DNA from: Thermoanaerobaculia bacterium
GTDB lineage: Bacteria; Acidobacteriota; Thermoanaerobaculia; Multivoradales; JAIOJS01
Assembly (NCBI GenBank): GCA_036005845.1
Contig: DASYQD010000029.1
Coordinates: 4,204 to 68,203, forward strand
DNA length: 64,000 nucleotides
Direction of reading: 5' to 3'
The notes beneath the pieces were generated by a model. The model did no database searches, was not told the origin of the DNA, and was given only the letters and a program-made list of their open reading frames with translations. The first letter of the stretch is position 1, and each line of letters opens with the position of its first letter. The translations under genes and the position numbers were made by a program. This document shows positions 39,426-50,926 of this stretch, piece by piece.

Positions 39426-41660
39426 GTGCCGACACCGAGAGCCGCAGGGCGCGCGCTGCTGTCGCTCGCCGCCGCCTCGCTGGCGCTTCTCCTCGTCGCC
39501 GCCTGCCGGCCGCGGCCATTCGTGCCCAGCGCCCGCGCGACGCCGCTGCTCGATGCGGACAGCGCACCCGACGTGCTGGTCGAAGCGCGTACGCTCGAGC
39601 CGCCGCCGGCGACCGGCGGCAACCGCTTCCTCACCGGCTGGACCTCGGAGCGCGCGGGCGCCGTCCGCCTGCTGCGCGCGCACGCCGGCGAGGCGCGGCT
39701 CGAGGGCGTTCACCTCGGCACCGCTACCCGCCGGCTGGTGCTCGCGTTCGTGCCGCCCCTGAGCGGCGCGATGGAGGTGTCGGTTGCCGGCCGCGCGCCG
39801 CAGCGCGTGCCGCTGGCGCCGCGAGTCGAGGTGCCGCTGCCCGCGGACCTCGCGCCGGGCCGCTTCGTCGTCGACCTGCGCTTCCCAACTGGTACGTCGC
39901 CGCTGCTGCGCGGCGCCGGCTTCGACCGCGCGGAGCCGGCCGGCGAGGTGACGGTGAGGCCCGTGGACCTGCGCCAGGGCGGCATCTCCCGCGTCGAGCT
40001 GGTGCGGCCGCTCGCCGGCGCGGCGACGCTCGTCGGCGAGCTGGTGCCGCCGGCGAGCGGCGAGCGCGCGCGGCGGTTCGAGATCCGCCTGCGCGAGCGC
40101 GGCGGCGAGCGCGTGCTCTGGAGCTATCGGCCACGCTGGTGGGGACGTGGGGCGCAGCGGATCAGCGTGCCGGTCCGCGGCGAGGATGGTTGGCTGCGCC
40201 TCGCCCTCGTGGCGGCGACGCCCGGTCCGCCGGCGACCTGGAGCGGACTGGCGCTCGAGCCACCCGCCCGCGGCGGAGCCGATCGTCGAGCCTCGACGCC
40301 GCGACCGCGCGCAACGGTCTCGCCGAGGGCCGCACCCAAGCTCGTCGTGCTCTACGTCTTCGACGCGTTGCGCGCCGACGCGCTCGGCGCCCGCGACCTG
40401 CGCGGGGACAGCGCCACGCCGACGCTCGACCGGCTCGCCAGCGAGGGCGCTCGCTTCACCTCTCACTTCGCGGTCGCGCCAAACACGCTGCCGTCGACGA
40501 AAGCGCTCCTCACCGGTCACGTCTGGCGGCAGCGGGGCGGCGTGCCGCTGGGCTCGAATCGCGAGACGCTCGCGGAGCGCTTCCGCGCCGCCGGCTACCG
40601 TACGGGGCTCTTCTCCGGCAACGTCCACGTCTCGCGCGCCTTCGGCGTCGACCGCGGCTTCGAGGCGGCGCCGGAGAGCACCATCTTCGGCGCCGACGTC
40701 GAGCAGAGACGGCCGTACAACGACAACGCGGAGACCGTGCACCGCGCCGCGCTCGCCTGGCTGGCGACGCTGCCGCCGGGCGCCCGGGCGTTCCTCTACG
40801 TGCACGTCGTCCATCCGCACAATCCCTACGACCCGCCGACGGCGTTTCGCGCCCGCTTCGACGATGCGAAGGGCGCCACACTCGACGGCAGCTCGGCGAC
40901 GCTGGTAGCGCTGGCGAATCGCCGGCTCAGTGCCACCGCTACGGACCAGCGGCACCTCCGCGCGCTCTACCACGCCGGGCTCGCCTACGCCGACGGCGAG
41001 CTCGGGCGCTTCCTCGCCGCGTTGCGCGGCCGCTACGCGCCGGAAGAGACGCTGGTAGCGATCACCGCCGACCACGGCGAGGAGCTGTTCGACCACGCCG
41101 GCGTGCTGCACGGCTACACGGTCTACGACGAGATGCTGCGCATCCCGCTGCTGCTCTGGGCGCCGGGCCGCGTCGCCGCACGGACGATCACGTCGCCGAC
41201 GGACACCATCGGTCTGCATTGCGCGCTCTCGTGCGTCCTGCACGGGAACGCAGGCGATGACGATTCGCTCTCGGCGATGCTGCGCGGCGACGATGCGCCG
41301 CGCGACGGCCGGCGCGATCTCGAGCGCGAGCTGCGCCTCGCCGCCGCGTCGAGCGTGCGCGGCGGCATCTTCTCGGCGCGCACCACGCGCTGGAAGGTGG
41401 TCTGGGCGCCGCGCACCGGCGCGCAGTGGGGCATGGGCCAGGGAACCGGGCGCTCGCGCGAGCCCGAGTACGTCTTCGACCTCGCCGCCGACCCGCACGA
41501 GCTCAGGAACCTCGCCGGCGTCGACGAGCCCGAAGTGCGCTGGCTGCGGGAGCGCCTGCTCGCCTGGGTCGCGCGCCCCGAAGCGGGCGAGGACGGCTTC
41601 GCGCCGCCGACGGACGCCGAGACCCGCGCCCGTCTCGGAGCGCTGGGTTACGTCGACTAG
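39426..41660 (+). CDS. lipoprotein with N-terminal beta-rich domain + C-terminal sulfatase/alkaline-phosphatase-superfamily domain (Thr in nucleophile position)
   Basis: GTG at 39426 with GGAGGG upstream; lipobox LLLVAAC; sulfatase-fold markers ..VVLYVFDALRAD.., ..ITADHGEEL..; nucleophile segment APNTLPSTKALLTG has Thr where sulfatases have Cys/Ser of CxPxR. Confidence 0.65.
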   Translation: MPTPRAAGRALLSLAAASLALLLVAACRPRPFVPSARATPLLDADSAPDVLVEARTLEPPPATGGNRFLTGWTSERAGAVRLLRAHAGEARLEGVHLGTATRRLVLAFVPPLSGAMEVSVAGRAPQRVPLAPRVEVPLPADLAPGRFVVDLRFPTGTSPLLRGAGFDRAEPAGEVTVRPVDLRQGGISRVELVRPLAGAATLVGELVPPASGERARRFEIRLRERGGERVLWSYRPRWWGRGAQRISVPVRGEDGWLRLALVAATPGPPATWSGLALEPPARGGADRRASTPRPRATVSPRAAPKLVVLYVFDALRADALGARDLRGDSATPTLDRLASEGARFTSHFAVAPNTLPSTKALLTGHVWRQRGGVPLGSNRETLAERFRAAGYRTGLFSGNVHVSRAFGVDRGFEAAPESTIFGADVEQRRPYNDNAETVHRAALAWLATLPPGARAFLYVHVVHPHNPYDPPTAFRARFDDAKGATLDGSSATLVALANRRLSATATDQRHLRALYHAGLAYADGELGRFLAALRGRYAPEETLVAITADHGEELFDHAGVLHGYTVYDEMLRIPLLLWAPGRVAARTITSPTDTIGLHCALSCVLHGNAGDDDSLSAMLRGDDAPRDGRRDLERELRLAAASSVRGGIFSARTTRWKVVWAPRTGAQWGMGQGTGRSREPEYVFDLAADPHELRNLAGVDEPEVRWLRERLLAWVARPEAGEDGFAPPTDAETRARLGALGYVD

Positions 41661-41667
41661 CGAAACA

Positions 41668-41717
41668 ACAGGGCGGGCGGGGGCGCCCCCTCCCCCTCGG
41701 GGGGATAGGGGTGAAAT

Positions 41718-41720
<3 letters not shown>
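41668..41720 (+). repeat. G-rich intergenic repeat copy R5 (palindrome GGGGGCGCCCCC plus core GGGGGGATAGGGGTGAAAT)
   Basis: Between convergent sulfatase-like gene and cdsA; last nucleotides overlap the cdsA stop. Confidence 0.65.
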
Positions 41721-42721
<1,001 letters not shown>

Positions 42722-42726
<5 letters not shown>

Positions 42727-43336
42727 GCGCCGGCGCTCCTTCCTCTCGCACCGCCTGTCGCAGGCGATTGAGGATCGTCACCGCGAGCAGCGCGACGACG
42801 ATCCACGTCACCACCGCGAGCCACCGCCCCGCCGGCGCCCCGAGCCCGAGCGCCAGCCCCAGCGCGCCGAACACCGCGGCGCGGTCGCTCTTCCCCATCG
42901 GCCCGTCGTAGCGCCGCGAGGCGCCGCCCTGCACGGCGGCGACGCCGGCGAGCTCGCTCGCGCCCGCCAGCACCACCGCGCACACCACCGCCGCCGCCGG
43001 CCAGCCGCGCACGAGCGCCAGCGGCAGGTAGAGCAGCGCGTCGGAGACGACGTCGCCGATCTCGTTGAGCAGCGAGCCGAGCCGCGTCTTCAAGCCGTGC
43101 TCGCGCGCCATCATGCCGTCGAGCGCGTTGAGCGCCATGCGCACGAGGAGCGCCGGCGGCAGCAGCAACAGCGACCATGGCGCGCGCGTCCACGCGATGA
43201 CGCCGCCGGCCGCCGCCGACAGCAACAGCGCCGCCACCGTCACCTGGTTCGGCGTCACGCCGGCACGCACGAGGCCGGCCACCAGCGGCCGCAGGAGGCG
43301 CTGGAAGGCGGGCTTGAGATCGTAGATGCTGGCCAT
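42722..43336 (-). CDS. CDP-alcohol phosphatidyltransferase family protein
   Basis: D(x)2DG(x)2AR...G(x)3D(x)3D motif (NALDGMMAREHG..LNEIGDVVSD); ATG 43336; 4-nt overlap with cdsA. Confidence 0.85.
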
Positions 43337-43353
43337 TCGCGGCCGGGCGCCGG

Positions 43354-46300
43354 CTACCTCCCCGACAGCGCCTGCAGCTGGCGGTCGGCGACGGTGAGCA
43401 TGGCGAGGTCGACCGTCTCGGTCGCGCGCATCTCTTCGAGCAGCTTGTCGAGGCGGCGCACCTCCGCTTCGTGCCGCGACTCCCACGCCGCCAGCCCCTC
43501 GCGCCAGTCGGCCTTCTTGCCGGAATCGGCGAGCACCTGCCAGGTGACGGCGACGAAGTGCTGCGAGACGTCGTCGAGCAGCCCCTCGAGCGCCGCCCGC
43601 TGCCACGGCGTCTCCACCTTCACTCGCGACGCGGCGCTGCGCACCCAGTTGAGGCCCAGCCGCTCGCCGACGCCGAAGTAGACCTTCGCCACCTGCTCCG
43701 GCCGCGCCTCGACCGCCGTCGCCAGCCGCACGACGTCGGTGCCGGCGAGCAGGCCGCGGATCGCCGCCACCCGCCGCGCCAGCTCCTCGGGCACGCCGTG
43801 CTGGCGGTACTCGGCGATGCGCCGCTCCATGTCGCCCTTGGGTCCCGGCGGCAGCAGCGCGTCGAGGTCGGTGGCGAGCCGCCGCAGCGCCGGACGGAAG
43901 ATCCCCACCACCTTGGAGACGTCGAGCCCCTGGTCCCAGCGCTGCAGGAACCAGAGCGTGGCGCGCTCGGTGAGCGTGCGCACCTCCGCCAGCAAGCGCA
44001 GCTGCACCGCGGCCGGCACCACGTTGTCGAGCGCCTCGATCGCCGTCCACGCCGGCCGCAGCTCGAAGGAATCGCGGGTGATGGTGTAAGCGCGCGCGAT
44101 GTCCTGCGACGAGCGGCCGGTCTTCTCGATCATGCGGTAGACGAACGACGGCCCGACGCGGTTGATGGTGCTGTTGGTGATGTAGGTGGCGACGATCTCG
44201 CGCCGCAGGCGGTGGCGCTCGATCGAGTCGCGGTAGCCGTCGACCATCGGCTTGGGGAAGTAGCGCAGCAGGTCCTCGCCGAGCAGCGGGTCGTCGGGCA
44301 CGTCGGAGGCGAGGAGGTCCTCGTAGAGCGCGATCTTGGCGTAGGCGAGGAGCACGGCGACCTCGGGCCGCATCAGGCCGCGCTTCTGGGCCGCACGCTG
44401 GCGGATCTCCTCCTCGTCGGGCAGGAACTCGATCTTCCTGTCGAGGCGCCCCGACTTCTCGAAGGCGCGGATCATCTGCGCGTGGCGGTCGAGCAGCTCG
44501 GGCGACATCGACTCGGTGAGCGAGATCGCCTGCGTCTGCAGATAGTTGTCGCGCAGCACCAGCGCCGCCACCTCGTCGGTCATCTGCAGCATGAGCTCGT
44601 CGCGGCCGGCGCGGTCGAGCTTGCCTTCGGCGATGGCGGCGTCGAGGGCGATCTTGATGTTCACCTCGTGGTCGGAGGTGTCGACGCCGGCCGAGTTGTC
44701 GATGGCGTCGGTGTTGATGCGGCCGCCATGCAGGCCGTACTCGATGCGCGCGCGCTGGGTGAAGCCGAGGTTGGCGCCCTCGCCCACCACCTTGCAGCGC
44801 AGCTGCGGCGCGTCGACGCGGATGGCGTCGTTGGCGCGGTCGCCGACGTCGCCGTTGCGTTCGCGGCTGTGCTTGACGAAGGTGCCGATGCCGCCGAGCC
44901 AGAGCAGGTCGACGTCGGCGAGGAGGATCGCCTGCATCAGCTCGTTGGGGGTGAGCTGCTTCTTGTCGGCCGGCAGCCCGAGCGCGGCCAGCGCCTCGTC
45001 GGAGAGCGTCAGCTGCTTGGCCGAGCGCTCGAAGACGTCGCCGCCCGGCGACAGCGCGCCGCGGTCGTAGTCGGCCCACGAGGAGCGCGGCAGGTCGAAG
45101 AGGCGTTGCCGCTCGGCGAAGCTCTTCGCCGGGTCAGGATTCGGGTCGACGAAGACGTGGCGATGGTCGAAGGCGGCGAGGAGCCGCGTCTCGGGCGACA
45201 GCAGCATGCCGTTGCCGAAGACGTCGCCCGACATGTCGCCGACGCCGACGCAGGTGAAGGGAGACGTCTGGATGTCGCGTCCCATCTCGCGGAAGTGGCG
45301 CTGCACCGCCACCCACGCACCCTTCGCGGTGATGCCCATCGTCTTGTGGTCGTAGCCCGCGGAGCCGCCGGAGGCGAAGGCGTCGCCGAGCCAGAAGCCG
45401 TAGTCGGCGGCGATGCCGTTGGCGATGTCGGAGAAGGTGGCGGTGCCCTTGTCGGCGGCGACGACGAGGTAGGTGTCGTCGGGATCGTGGCGCACCACGT
45501 CGGCCGGATGCACCACTTCTCCGCCGCGAATGTTGTCCGTCAAGTCGAGCATGCCGCGCAGCAAGGTCTTGTAGCACTCGATGCCCTCGGCGAGCTGCGC
45601 TTCGCGGCCGCCCGTCGCTGGCGGCTTCTTGACCACGAAGCCGCCCTTGCTGCCCACCGGCACGATGACGGCGTTCTTCACCATCTGCGCCTTGAGCAGG
45701 CCGAGGATCTCGGTGCGGAAGTCCTCGCGGCGGTCGGACCAGCGCAGGCCGCCGCGTGCCACCATGCCGCCGCGCAGGTGCACGCCCTCCATGCGCGGCG
45801 AGTAGACGAAGATCTCGAAGCGCGGCTTGGGGTCGGGCAGCAGGCGCAGGCTCTTGCTGTCGAGCTTGAACGACATGTAGGGCTTGTGGCCGCCGTCGGC
45901 AGCGCGCTGGAAGAAGTTGGTGCGCAGCGTCTCCTTGATGACCGAGAGGAAGCCGCGCAGGATGCGGTCCTCGTCGAGGCTCGCCACCGCCTCGAGCTTG
46001 CCGCGGATCTCGGCGAGCAGCGCGTCGGCGAGCTCCGCGCGGCCCTCGCCCTGCGCCGGGTCGAAGCGGGTGCAGAAGAGCCGCACCAGCAGCTTCGCCA
46101 GCTCGCGGTGCTGCACCATGGTGTTGGCGATGTAGGTCTGCGAGAAGGTCATGCCGGCCTGCCGCAGGTAGCGGCTGTAGGCACGCAGCATCGCCACCTC
46201 GCGCCAGTGCAGGCCGGCGGCGAGCACCAGCCGGTTGAGCACGCCGTTCTCGTGGTCGTGCCGCCACACCCGCCGCAGCGTCTCCTCGACGAGCGGCTTG

Positions 46301-48216
46301 GCGGTGTCGAAGTCGACCGCCTCGCCGCGCGTGACGAGGGCGAAGTCGTGGATCCAGACCGTGCGCGCGCCCGCTTCGCCCGCCTCGCCGCCGCCGCGCT
46401 CGACCCCGAAGGGCAGCTCCTCCTCCACCCGCACGCCGAGGTTCTCGAGCAGCGGCAGCGCGTCGGTGAGCGCCAGCTGCTTGCCGGCGAGGTAGAGCTT
46501 TATGCGCATGCGCTGGCCTTGTTCATCCGGATTGGGCATGTCGGGCATGCGGTAGAGGCGTGCCGCCAGCTCCTCGCCGCCGTCGAGCAGCGACTCGACG
46601 ACCGCCGCGTCGGCGGCGGCCTCGGCGGCGTCGAAGCGGTCGCGGTAGGCGGCGGGGAACGCCTCGCCCCAGTTGCCGAGCAGGCGCAGCCCCTCCTCCT
46701 CGCCGCGCGCGGCGACGAGCTGGTCGCCCAGCTCTTCGCGCCAGGTGCGGGCGGCGGTGGCGAGCTTCGCTTCCACCTGCCGGATGTCCGGCTGCGGCAC
46801 TTGGCCCGGGGTCGTCACCAGGATGTACTGCACGCGCGCCAGGGCCGCGTCGCCCACCTGCGTGTAGACGGCGACCACCGGGCCGCCGAGCTCCTGGGCG
46901 AGCACCTTGCCCAGCTTCTCGCGCAGCTCCGAGCTGTAGCGGTCGCGCGGCACGAAGACGAGCGCCGAGATGAAGCGCTCGAGCTCGTCGCGGCGCACGA
47001 AGAGCGCCACCCGCTGCCGCTGCGAGAGCTGCAGGATCCCCATCGCGATGCGGAAGAGGTCGTCCTCGGAGATCTGGAACAGCTCGTCGCGCGGGTAGCT
47101 CTCGACGACGTGGGCGAGGCCCTTGTCGTCGTGACTGCCGGGGCTGAAGTTGGCGCGCTCGACGGTGCGGCGCAGCTTGCGGCGCAGCAGCGGGATGCTC
47201 GCCGCGCTGCTGCCGTAGACGGTGGTGGTGAAGATGCCGGAGAAGCGGTCCTCGGCGACGACGTTGCCCTGCGCATCGAAGCGGCGGACGCCGATCGAGT
47301 CGATGTGGACCGGGCGGTGCACCTCGGCCTTGGTGCTCGCCTTGTTGACGATCAAGAGCTCACTCGGGCGGAGCCAGCTGTCGAGATAGTCGGGGAGCCG
47401 CGCGCCCTGGCGCTCCTCCGACGCCACGACGTCGCGGTGGATGCCGAGGCCGGGGCCGTCGGGGATGCGCAGCGGGCTGCCGTCCTCGGCGCGGCCGAGG
47501 CGGTAGCGCCGGTAGCCGAGGAAGGTGAAGTGGCCGTCGACCAGCCAGCGCAGGAACTCCGCCGCCTCCTCGACCTCGTCGGGCGGCAGCGGCGGCGGGT
47601 TGCGGCGCAGCTCGGCCTCGACCTCTAGCGCCTTCTTGACCATCGGCTGCCAGTCCTCGACGACGACGCGCACCTTGGCGAGCACGTCGAGGAGCCGCGC
47701 CGCGAGCGCGGCCATGCCTGCCTCGCCGCCCGTCTCGCGGTCGACCTCGAAGTGCATCCACGACTCGCCGGCGCCCTGGCCGCGCGGCACCAGGCGCTCG
47801 AGCGCGCCGCCGCTGTCGCGCTCGACGCCGAGCACGGGATGGAGCACGGCGTGGATGGCGCGCCCCTGCCGCTGCAGCTCGCTCTGCGTCGAGTCGAGGA
47901 GGAACGGCATGTCGTCGTTGACGACGGCGATGGCGGTGTGCGGCGAGGACCACCCGTCGCGCTCGCGCGTCGGGTTGTAGACGCGGATGTTGACCTTGCC
48001 CGGCTGGCGCTGCTGGCCGAGCTTCCAGAGCGAGACGATGGGACCGACGACGGCGTCGACGCCGGCTTCGATCAAGTCCTCGGCCGGGGTGTTCGCGTAG
48101 CTGCGCCGCAGCAAGTCGGCGGCACCCGCGGCTTCGCCCGCCGGCAGGCGCTTGGCCAGCTCGGCGGCGAGCCCTCCGAGGGCGTCTTCGTTGGCGGCGG
48201 TGGCGGTCGGCTGCAT
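43354..48216 (-). CDS. NAD-specific glutamate dehydrogenase, large (~180 kDa) type
   Basis: 1620-aa protein with the bacterial NAD-GDH architecture (long N-terminal regulatory region, central catalytic domain with K..G..GGSKG..-like motifs). Confidence 0.9.
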   Translation of the reverse strand: MQPTATAANEDALGGLAAELAKRLPAGEAAGAADLLRRSYANTPAEDLIEAGVDAVVGPIVSLWKLGQQRQPGKVNIRVYNPTRERDGWSSPHTAIAVVNDDMPFLLDSTQSELQRQGRAIHAVLHPVLGVERDSGGALERLVPRGQGAGESWMHFEVDRETGGEAGMAALAARLLDVLAKVRVVVEDWQPMVKKALEVEAELRRNPPPLPPDEVEEAAEFLRWLVDGHFTFLGYRRYRLGRAEDGSPLRIPDGPGLGIHRDVVASEERQGARLPDYLDSWLRPSELLIVNKASTKAEVHRPVHIDSIGVRRFDAQGNVVAEDRFSGIFTTTVYGSSAASIPLLRRKLRRTVERANFSPGSHDDKGLAHVVESYPRDELFQISEDDLFRIAMGILQLSQRQRVALFVRRDELERFISALVFVPRDRYSSELREKLGKVLAQELGGPVVAVYTQVGDAALARVQYILVTTPGQVPQPDIRQVEAKLATAARTWREELGDQLVAARGEEEGLRLLGNWGEAFPAAYRDRFDAAEAAADAAVVESLLDGGEELAARLYRMPDMPNPDEQGQRMRIKLYLAGKQLALTDALPLLENLGVRVEEELPFGVERGGGEAGEAGARTVWIHDFALVTRGEAVDFDTAKPLVEETLRRVWRHDHENGVLNRLVLAAGLHWREVAMLRAYSRYLRQAGMTFSQTYIANTMVQHRELAKLLVRLFCTRFDPAQGEGRAELADALLAEIRGKLEAVASLDEDRILRGFLSVIKETLRTNFFQRAADGGHKPYMSFKLDSKSLRLLPDPKPRFEIFVYSPRMEGVHLRGGMVARGGLRWSDRREDFRTEILGLLKAQMVKNAVIVPVGSKGGFVVKKPPATGGREAQLAEGIECYKTLLRGMLDLTDNIRGGEVVHPADVVRHDPDDTYLVVAADKGTATFSDIANGIAADYGFWLGDAFASGGSAGYDHKTMGITAKGAWVAVQRHFREMGRDIQTSPFTCVGVGDMSGDVFGNGMLLSPETRLLAAFDHRHVFVDPNPDPAKSFAERQRLFDLPRSSWADYDRGALSPGGDVFERSAKQLTLSDEALAALGLPADKKQLTPNELMQAILLADVDLLWLGGIGTFVKHSRERNGDVGDRANDAIRVDAPQLRCKVVGEGANLGFTQRARIEYGLHGGRINTDAIDNSAGVDTSDHEVNIKIALDAAIAEGKLDRAGRDELMLQMTDEVAALVLRDNYLQTQAISLTESMSPELLDRHAQMIRAFEKSGRLDRKIEFLPDEEEIRQRAAQKRGLMRPEVAVLLAYAKIALYEDLLASDVPDDPLLGEDLLRYFPKPMVDGYRDSIERHRLRREIVATYITNSTINRVGPSFVYRMIEKTGRSSQDIARAYTITRDSFELRPAWTAIEALDNVVPAAVQLRLLAEVRTLTERATLWFLQRWDQGLDVSKVVGIFRPALRRLATDLDALLPPGPKGDMERRIAEYRQHGVPEELARRVAAIRGLLAGTDVVRLATAVEARPEQVAKVYFGVGERLGLNWVRSAASRVKVETPWQRAALEGLLDDVSQHFVAVTWQVLADSGKKADWREGLAAWESRHEAEVRRLDKLLEEMRATETVDLAMLTVADRQLQALSGR

Positions 48217-48340
48217 GGACGCGTCCCCCTGATGCTGCGGCAGCGCGCTTGAAAACTAGGCGGGCTTGGGCGCAGCGTGGGCGCTGCGCTGGCTAGCCTA
48301 TCGGAATGCGGAATCCACTAGACTCAGGGGCGCCGGACTC

Positions 48341-49399
48341 ATGAGGACTTCCCCGGCCACCGCGACGCCTGCTCGCTGCTGCTCGCGACCGCTCGCGGGC
48401 CTCGTCGGCGTTCTTCTCGCGGCGAGCTTCGCGCTCTCGTCGGCCGGCTGCGTCGACCTGGCGCAAGCGGCCGGCGACCCCGGCAAGCCGCACGTCGGCA
48501 TCGTCTTCGACAGCGGCGGCAAGGACGACCGTTCGTTCAACGCGGCGGCGTTCCGCGGCGTCACCCGTGCCGCGAAGGACTTCCCGATCGTGCTGCGCGA
48601 CGCCGAGCCGGGCGACCCGGCGTCGCTCGAGCCGGCGATGCGGGCGTTTGCCGAGGTGCACTACGACCTCGTCATCGGCATCGGCTTCGCGCAGACGCCG
48701 ATCGTCGAGTCGGTGGCGAAGGACTACCCGAACGTGCGCTTCGCCATCGTCGACGGCGTCTCGCAGCTCCCCAACGTCGCCTCGCTCATCTTCAAGGAGC
48801 ACGAGGGGAGCTACCTCGTCGGCATGATCGCGGCGCGCAAGTCGCAGACCGGCATCCTCGGCTTCGTCGGTGGCATGGACGTGCCGCTCATCCACAAGTT
48901 CGAGACCGGGTACGAAGAGGGGGCGCGTGCCGCCAACCCCAAGGTCAAGGTGATCCAGAACTACGTCGGCGTCACCGAGTCGGCGTGGAACAACCCCGGC
49001 AAGGGCAAGGAGCTGGCGCTGGCGCAGTACGGCAAGGGTGCGGACGTCGTCTTCGCCGCCGCCGGCAACTCGGGCCTCGGCGTCTTCGACGCCGCCGAGC
49101 AGTCGGACAAGTTCGTCATCGGCGTCGACTCCAACCAGAACTGGGTGAAGCCCGGGCACGTGCTCACCAGCATGGTGAAAAGGGTCGACAATGCCGTCTA
49201 CCAGATCATCGGCGACCTCGTGGCGGGCAAGTTCCAGGGCGGCATCCACGTCTACGGCCTCGAGGACGGCGGCATCGGCTACGCCATGGACCAGTACAAC
49301 GCGAAGCTGGTGCCGCCACAGGTGCTCGCCGAAGTCGAGGCGGCGAAGCAGCGCATCATCCGCGGCGAGATCAAGGTGACGGACGCGATGGCGCAGTAG
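48341..49399 (+). CDS. BMP-family ABC transporter substrate-binding lipoprotein (nucleoside/purine-binding, Med/PnrA-like)
   Basis: Lipobox ..LSSAGC; BMP family conservation (..GIVFDSGGKDD.SFN.., ..GVDSNQ..); start taken at ATG 48341 (ORF open from 48266). Confidence 0.85.
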   Translation: MRTSPATATPARCCSRPLAGLVGVLLAASFALSSAGCVDLAQAAGDPGKPHVGIVFDSGGKDDRSFNAAAFRGVTRAAKDFPIVLRDAEPGDPASLEPAMRAFAEVHYDLVIGIGFAQTPIVESVAKDYPNVRFAIVDGVSQLPNVASLIFKEHEGSYLVGMIAARKSQTGILGFVGGMDVPLIHKFETGYEEGARAANPKVKVIQNYVGVTESAWNNPGKGKELALAQYGKGADVVFAAAGNSGLGVFDAAEQSDKFVIGVDSNQNWVKPGHVLTSMVKRVDNAVYQIIGDLVAGKFQGGIHVYGLEDGGIGYAMDQYNAKLVPPQVLAEVEAAKQRIIRGEIKVTDAMAQ

Positions 49400-49408
49400 C
49401 GGCCGCCC

Positions 49409-50926
49409 ATGCTCGAGCTGCGCAACATCACCAAGCGCTTCGGCAACGTGCTCGCCAACGACAGCGTGTCGGTGCGAGTCGAGCCCGGCACCATCCACGC
49501 CATCGTCGGCGAGAACGGCGCCGGCAAGTCGACGGCGATGAAGATCGCCTACGGCTTCTACACCGCCGACTCCGGGGAGATCCTCGTCGCCGGGCAGCCG
49601 CGGCAGATCGACTCGCCGCACGACGCCATCGCGCTCGGCATCGGCATGGTGCACCAGCACTTCATGCTCGTCGAGCCGATGACGGTGGCCGAGAACGTCG
49701 TGCTCGGCATCGAGCCGGGCTCGCCCTGGAAGCTCGACATGCCCGGCGCGGTGGCGAAGATCCGCGCGCTGTCGCAGCAGCTCGGCATGGCGATCGATCC
49801 GACGGCGAAGATCGAGACCCTCGCCGTCGGCCAGCAACAGCGCGTCGAGCTGCTCAAGGCGCTCTATCGCGAGGCGAAGCTGCTCATCCTCGACGAGCCC
49901 ACCGCCGTGCTGAGCCCGCAAGCGGTGGGCGAGCTCTTCACCATCCTGCGGCAGATGCGCGAGCAGGGGAAGACGGTGGTCATCGTCACCCACAAGCTCT
50001 CCGAGGTGCTCGCCATCTCCGACGAGGTGACGGTGATGCGCGACGGCAAGGTAGTGGGCAACCGCAAGACCGCCGAGACCTCGGCCGCCGAGCTGGCGCG
50101 GCTGATGGTGGGGCGGGACGTGCTGCTGCGCGTGGAGAAGCCGCCGGCGAAGCCGATCGGCGCGGTGCTCGCCGTGAGCGGCTTGACGCTCGTCGACGAG
50201 GACGGCCACCGCCGGCTCGACGACGTCTCCTTCGACGTGCGCGCCGGCGAGATCGTCGGCGTCGCCGGCATCGAGGGCAACGGCCAGACCGAGCTGATCG
50301 AAGCGCTCGCCGGCCTCGTCGACGCGGGCGAGGTGACCGGCAGCGTCCGCCTGCTCGACCAGGAAGTGGGCAGCCTCGACGCGCGGGCCCGCCGCCACCG
50401 CGGCATCGCCCACGTGCCCGAGGATCGCCACCGCCGCGGCCTGCTGCTCGACTTCGACCTCGCCGAGAACTGCATCCTGGGCGCCGCCGACCGGCCGCCG
50501 GTAGCCGTCGGGCCGGCGCGGGCGTGGCTGAGCCGGCCGGCTATCCACGGCCGCTGCACCCGCATCCTCAACGAGCACGACGTGCGGCCGCCCGACCGCA
50601 CGCTGCCGGCGCGCTCCCTCTCCGGCGGCAACCAGCAGAAGCTGGTGATGGGGCGCGAGCTCACCGACGGGCCGAAACTCTTGTTGGTGGCACAGCCGAC
50701 GCGCGGCGTCGACATCGGCGGCATCGAGTTCATCCACCGGCGCCTCGTCGAGATGCGCGACAAGGGATGCGCCATCCTGCTGGTGTCGTCGGAGCTCGAA
50801 GAGGTGACGGCGCTCGCCGACCGGCTGCTGGTGATTCGCGACGGCAAGATCGTGGGCGAGGTCGACCCGGCGCAGACAAGCAACGAGCAGATCGGCTTGA
50901 TGATGACCGGAGGCGCCGCCGCGTGA
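49409..50926 (+). CDS. ABC transporter ATP-binding protein (tandem ATPase domains)
   Basis: Two Walker A/signature sets (GENGAGKST ... LSGGNQQK); 505 aa. Confidence 0.9.
   Translation: MLELRNITKRFGNVLANDSVSVRVEPGTIHAIVGENGAGKSTAMKIAYGFYTADSGEILVAGQPRQIDSPHDAIALGIGMVHQHFMLVEPMTVAENVVLGIEPGSPWKLDMPGAVAKIRALSQQLGMAIDPTAKIETLAVGQQQRVELLKALYREAKLLILDEPTAVLSPQAVGELFTILRQMREQGKTVVIVTHKLSEVLAISDEVTVMRDGKVVGNRKTAETSAAELARLMVGRDVLLRVEKPPAKPIGAVLAVSGLTLVDEDGHRRLDDVSFDVRAGEIVGVAGIEGNGQTELIEALAGLVDAGEVTGSVRLLDQEVGSLDARARRHRGIAHVPEDRHRRGLLLDFDLAENCILGAADRPPVAVGPARAWLSRPAIHGRCTRILNEHDVRPPDRTLPARSLSGGNQQKLVMGRELTDGPKLLLVAQPTRGVDIGGIEFIHRRLVEMRDKGCAILLVSSELEEVTALADRLLVIRDGKIVGEVDPAQTSNEQIGLMMTGGAAA

Noticed and set aside
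43471-47628. 1385-aa plus-strand ORF
   Set aside because: It is antisense to the NAD-GDH gene, and its product is low-complexity translation.
48293-50737. 814-aa minus-strand ORF
   Set aside because: It is antisense to the BMP ABC operon. There are no motifs and the composition is Arg/Ala/Gly-rich.
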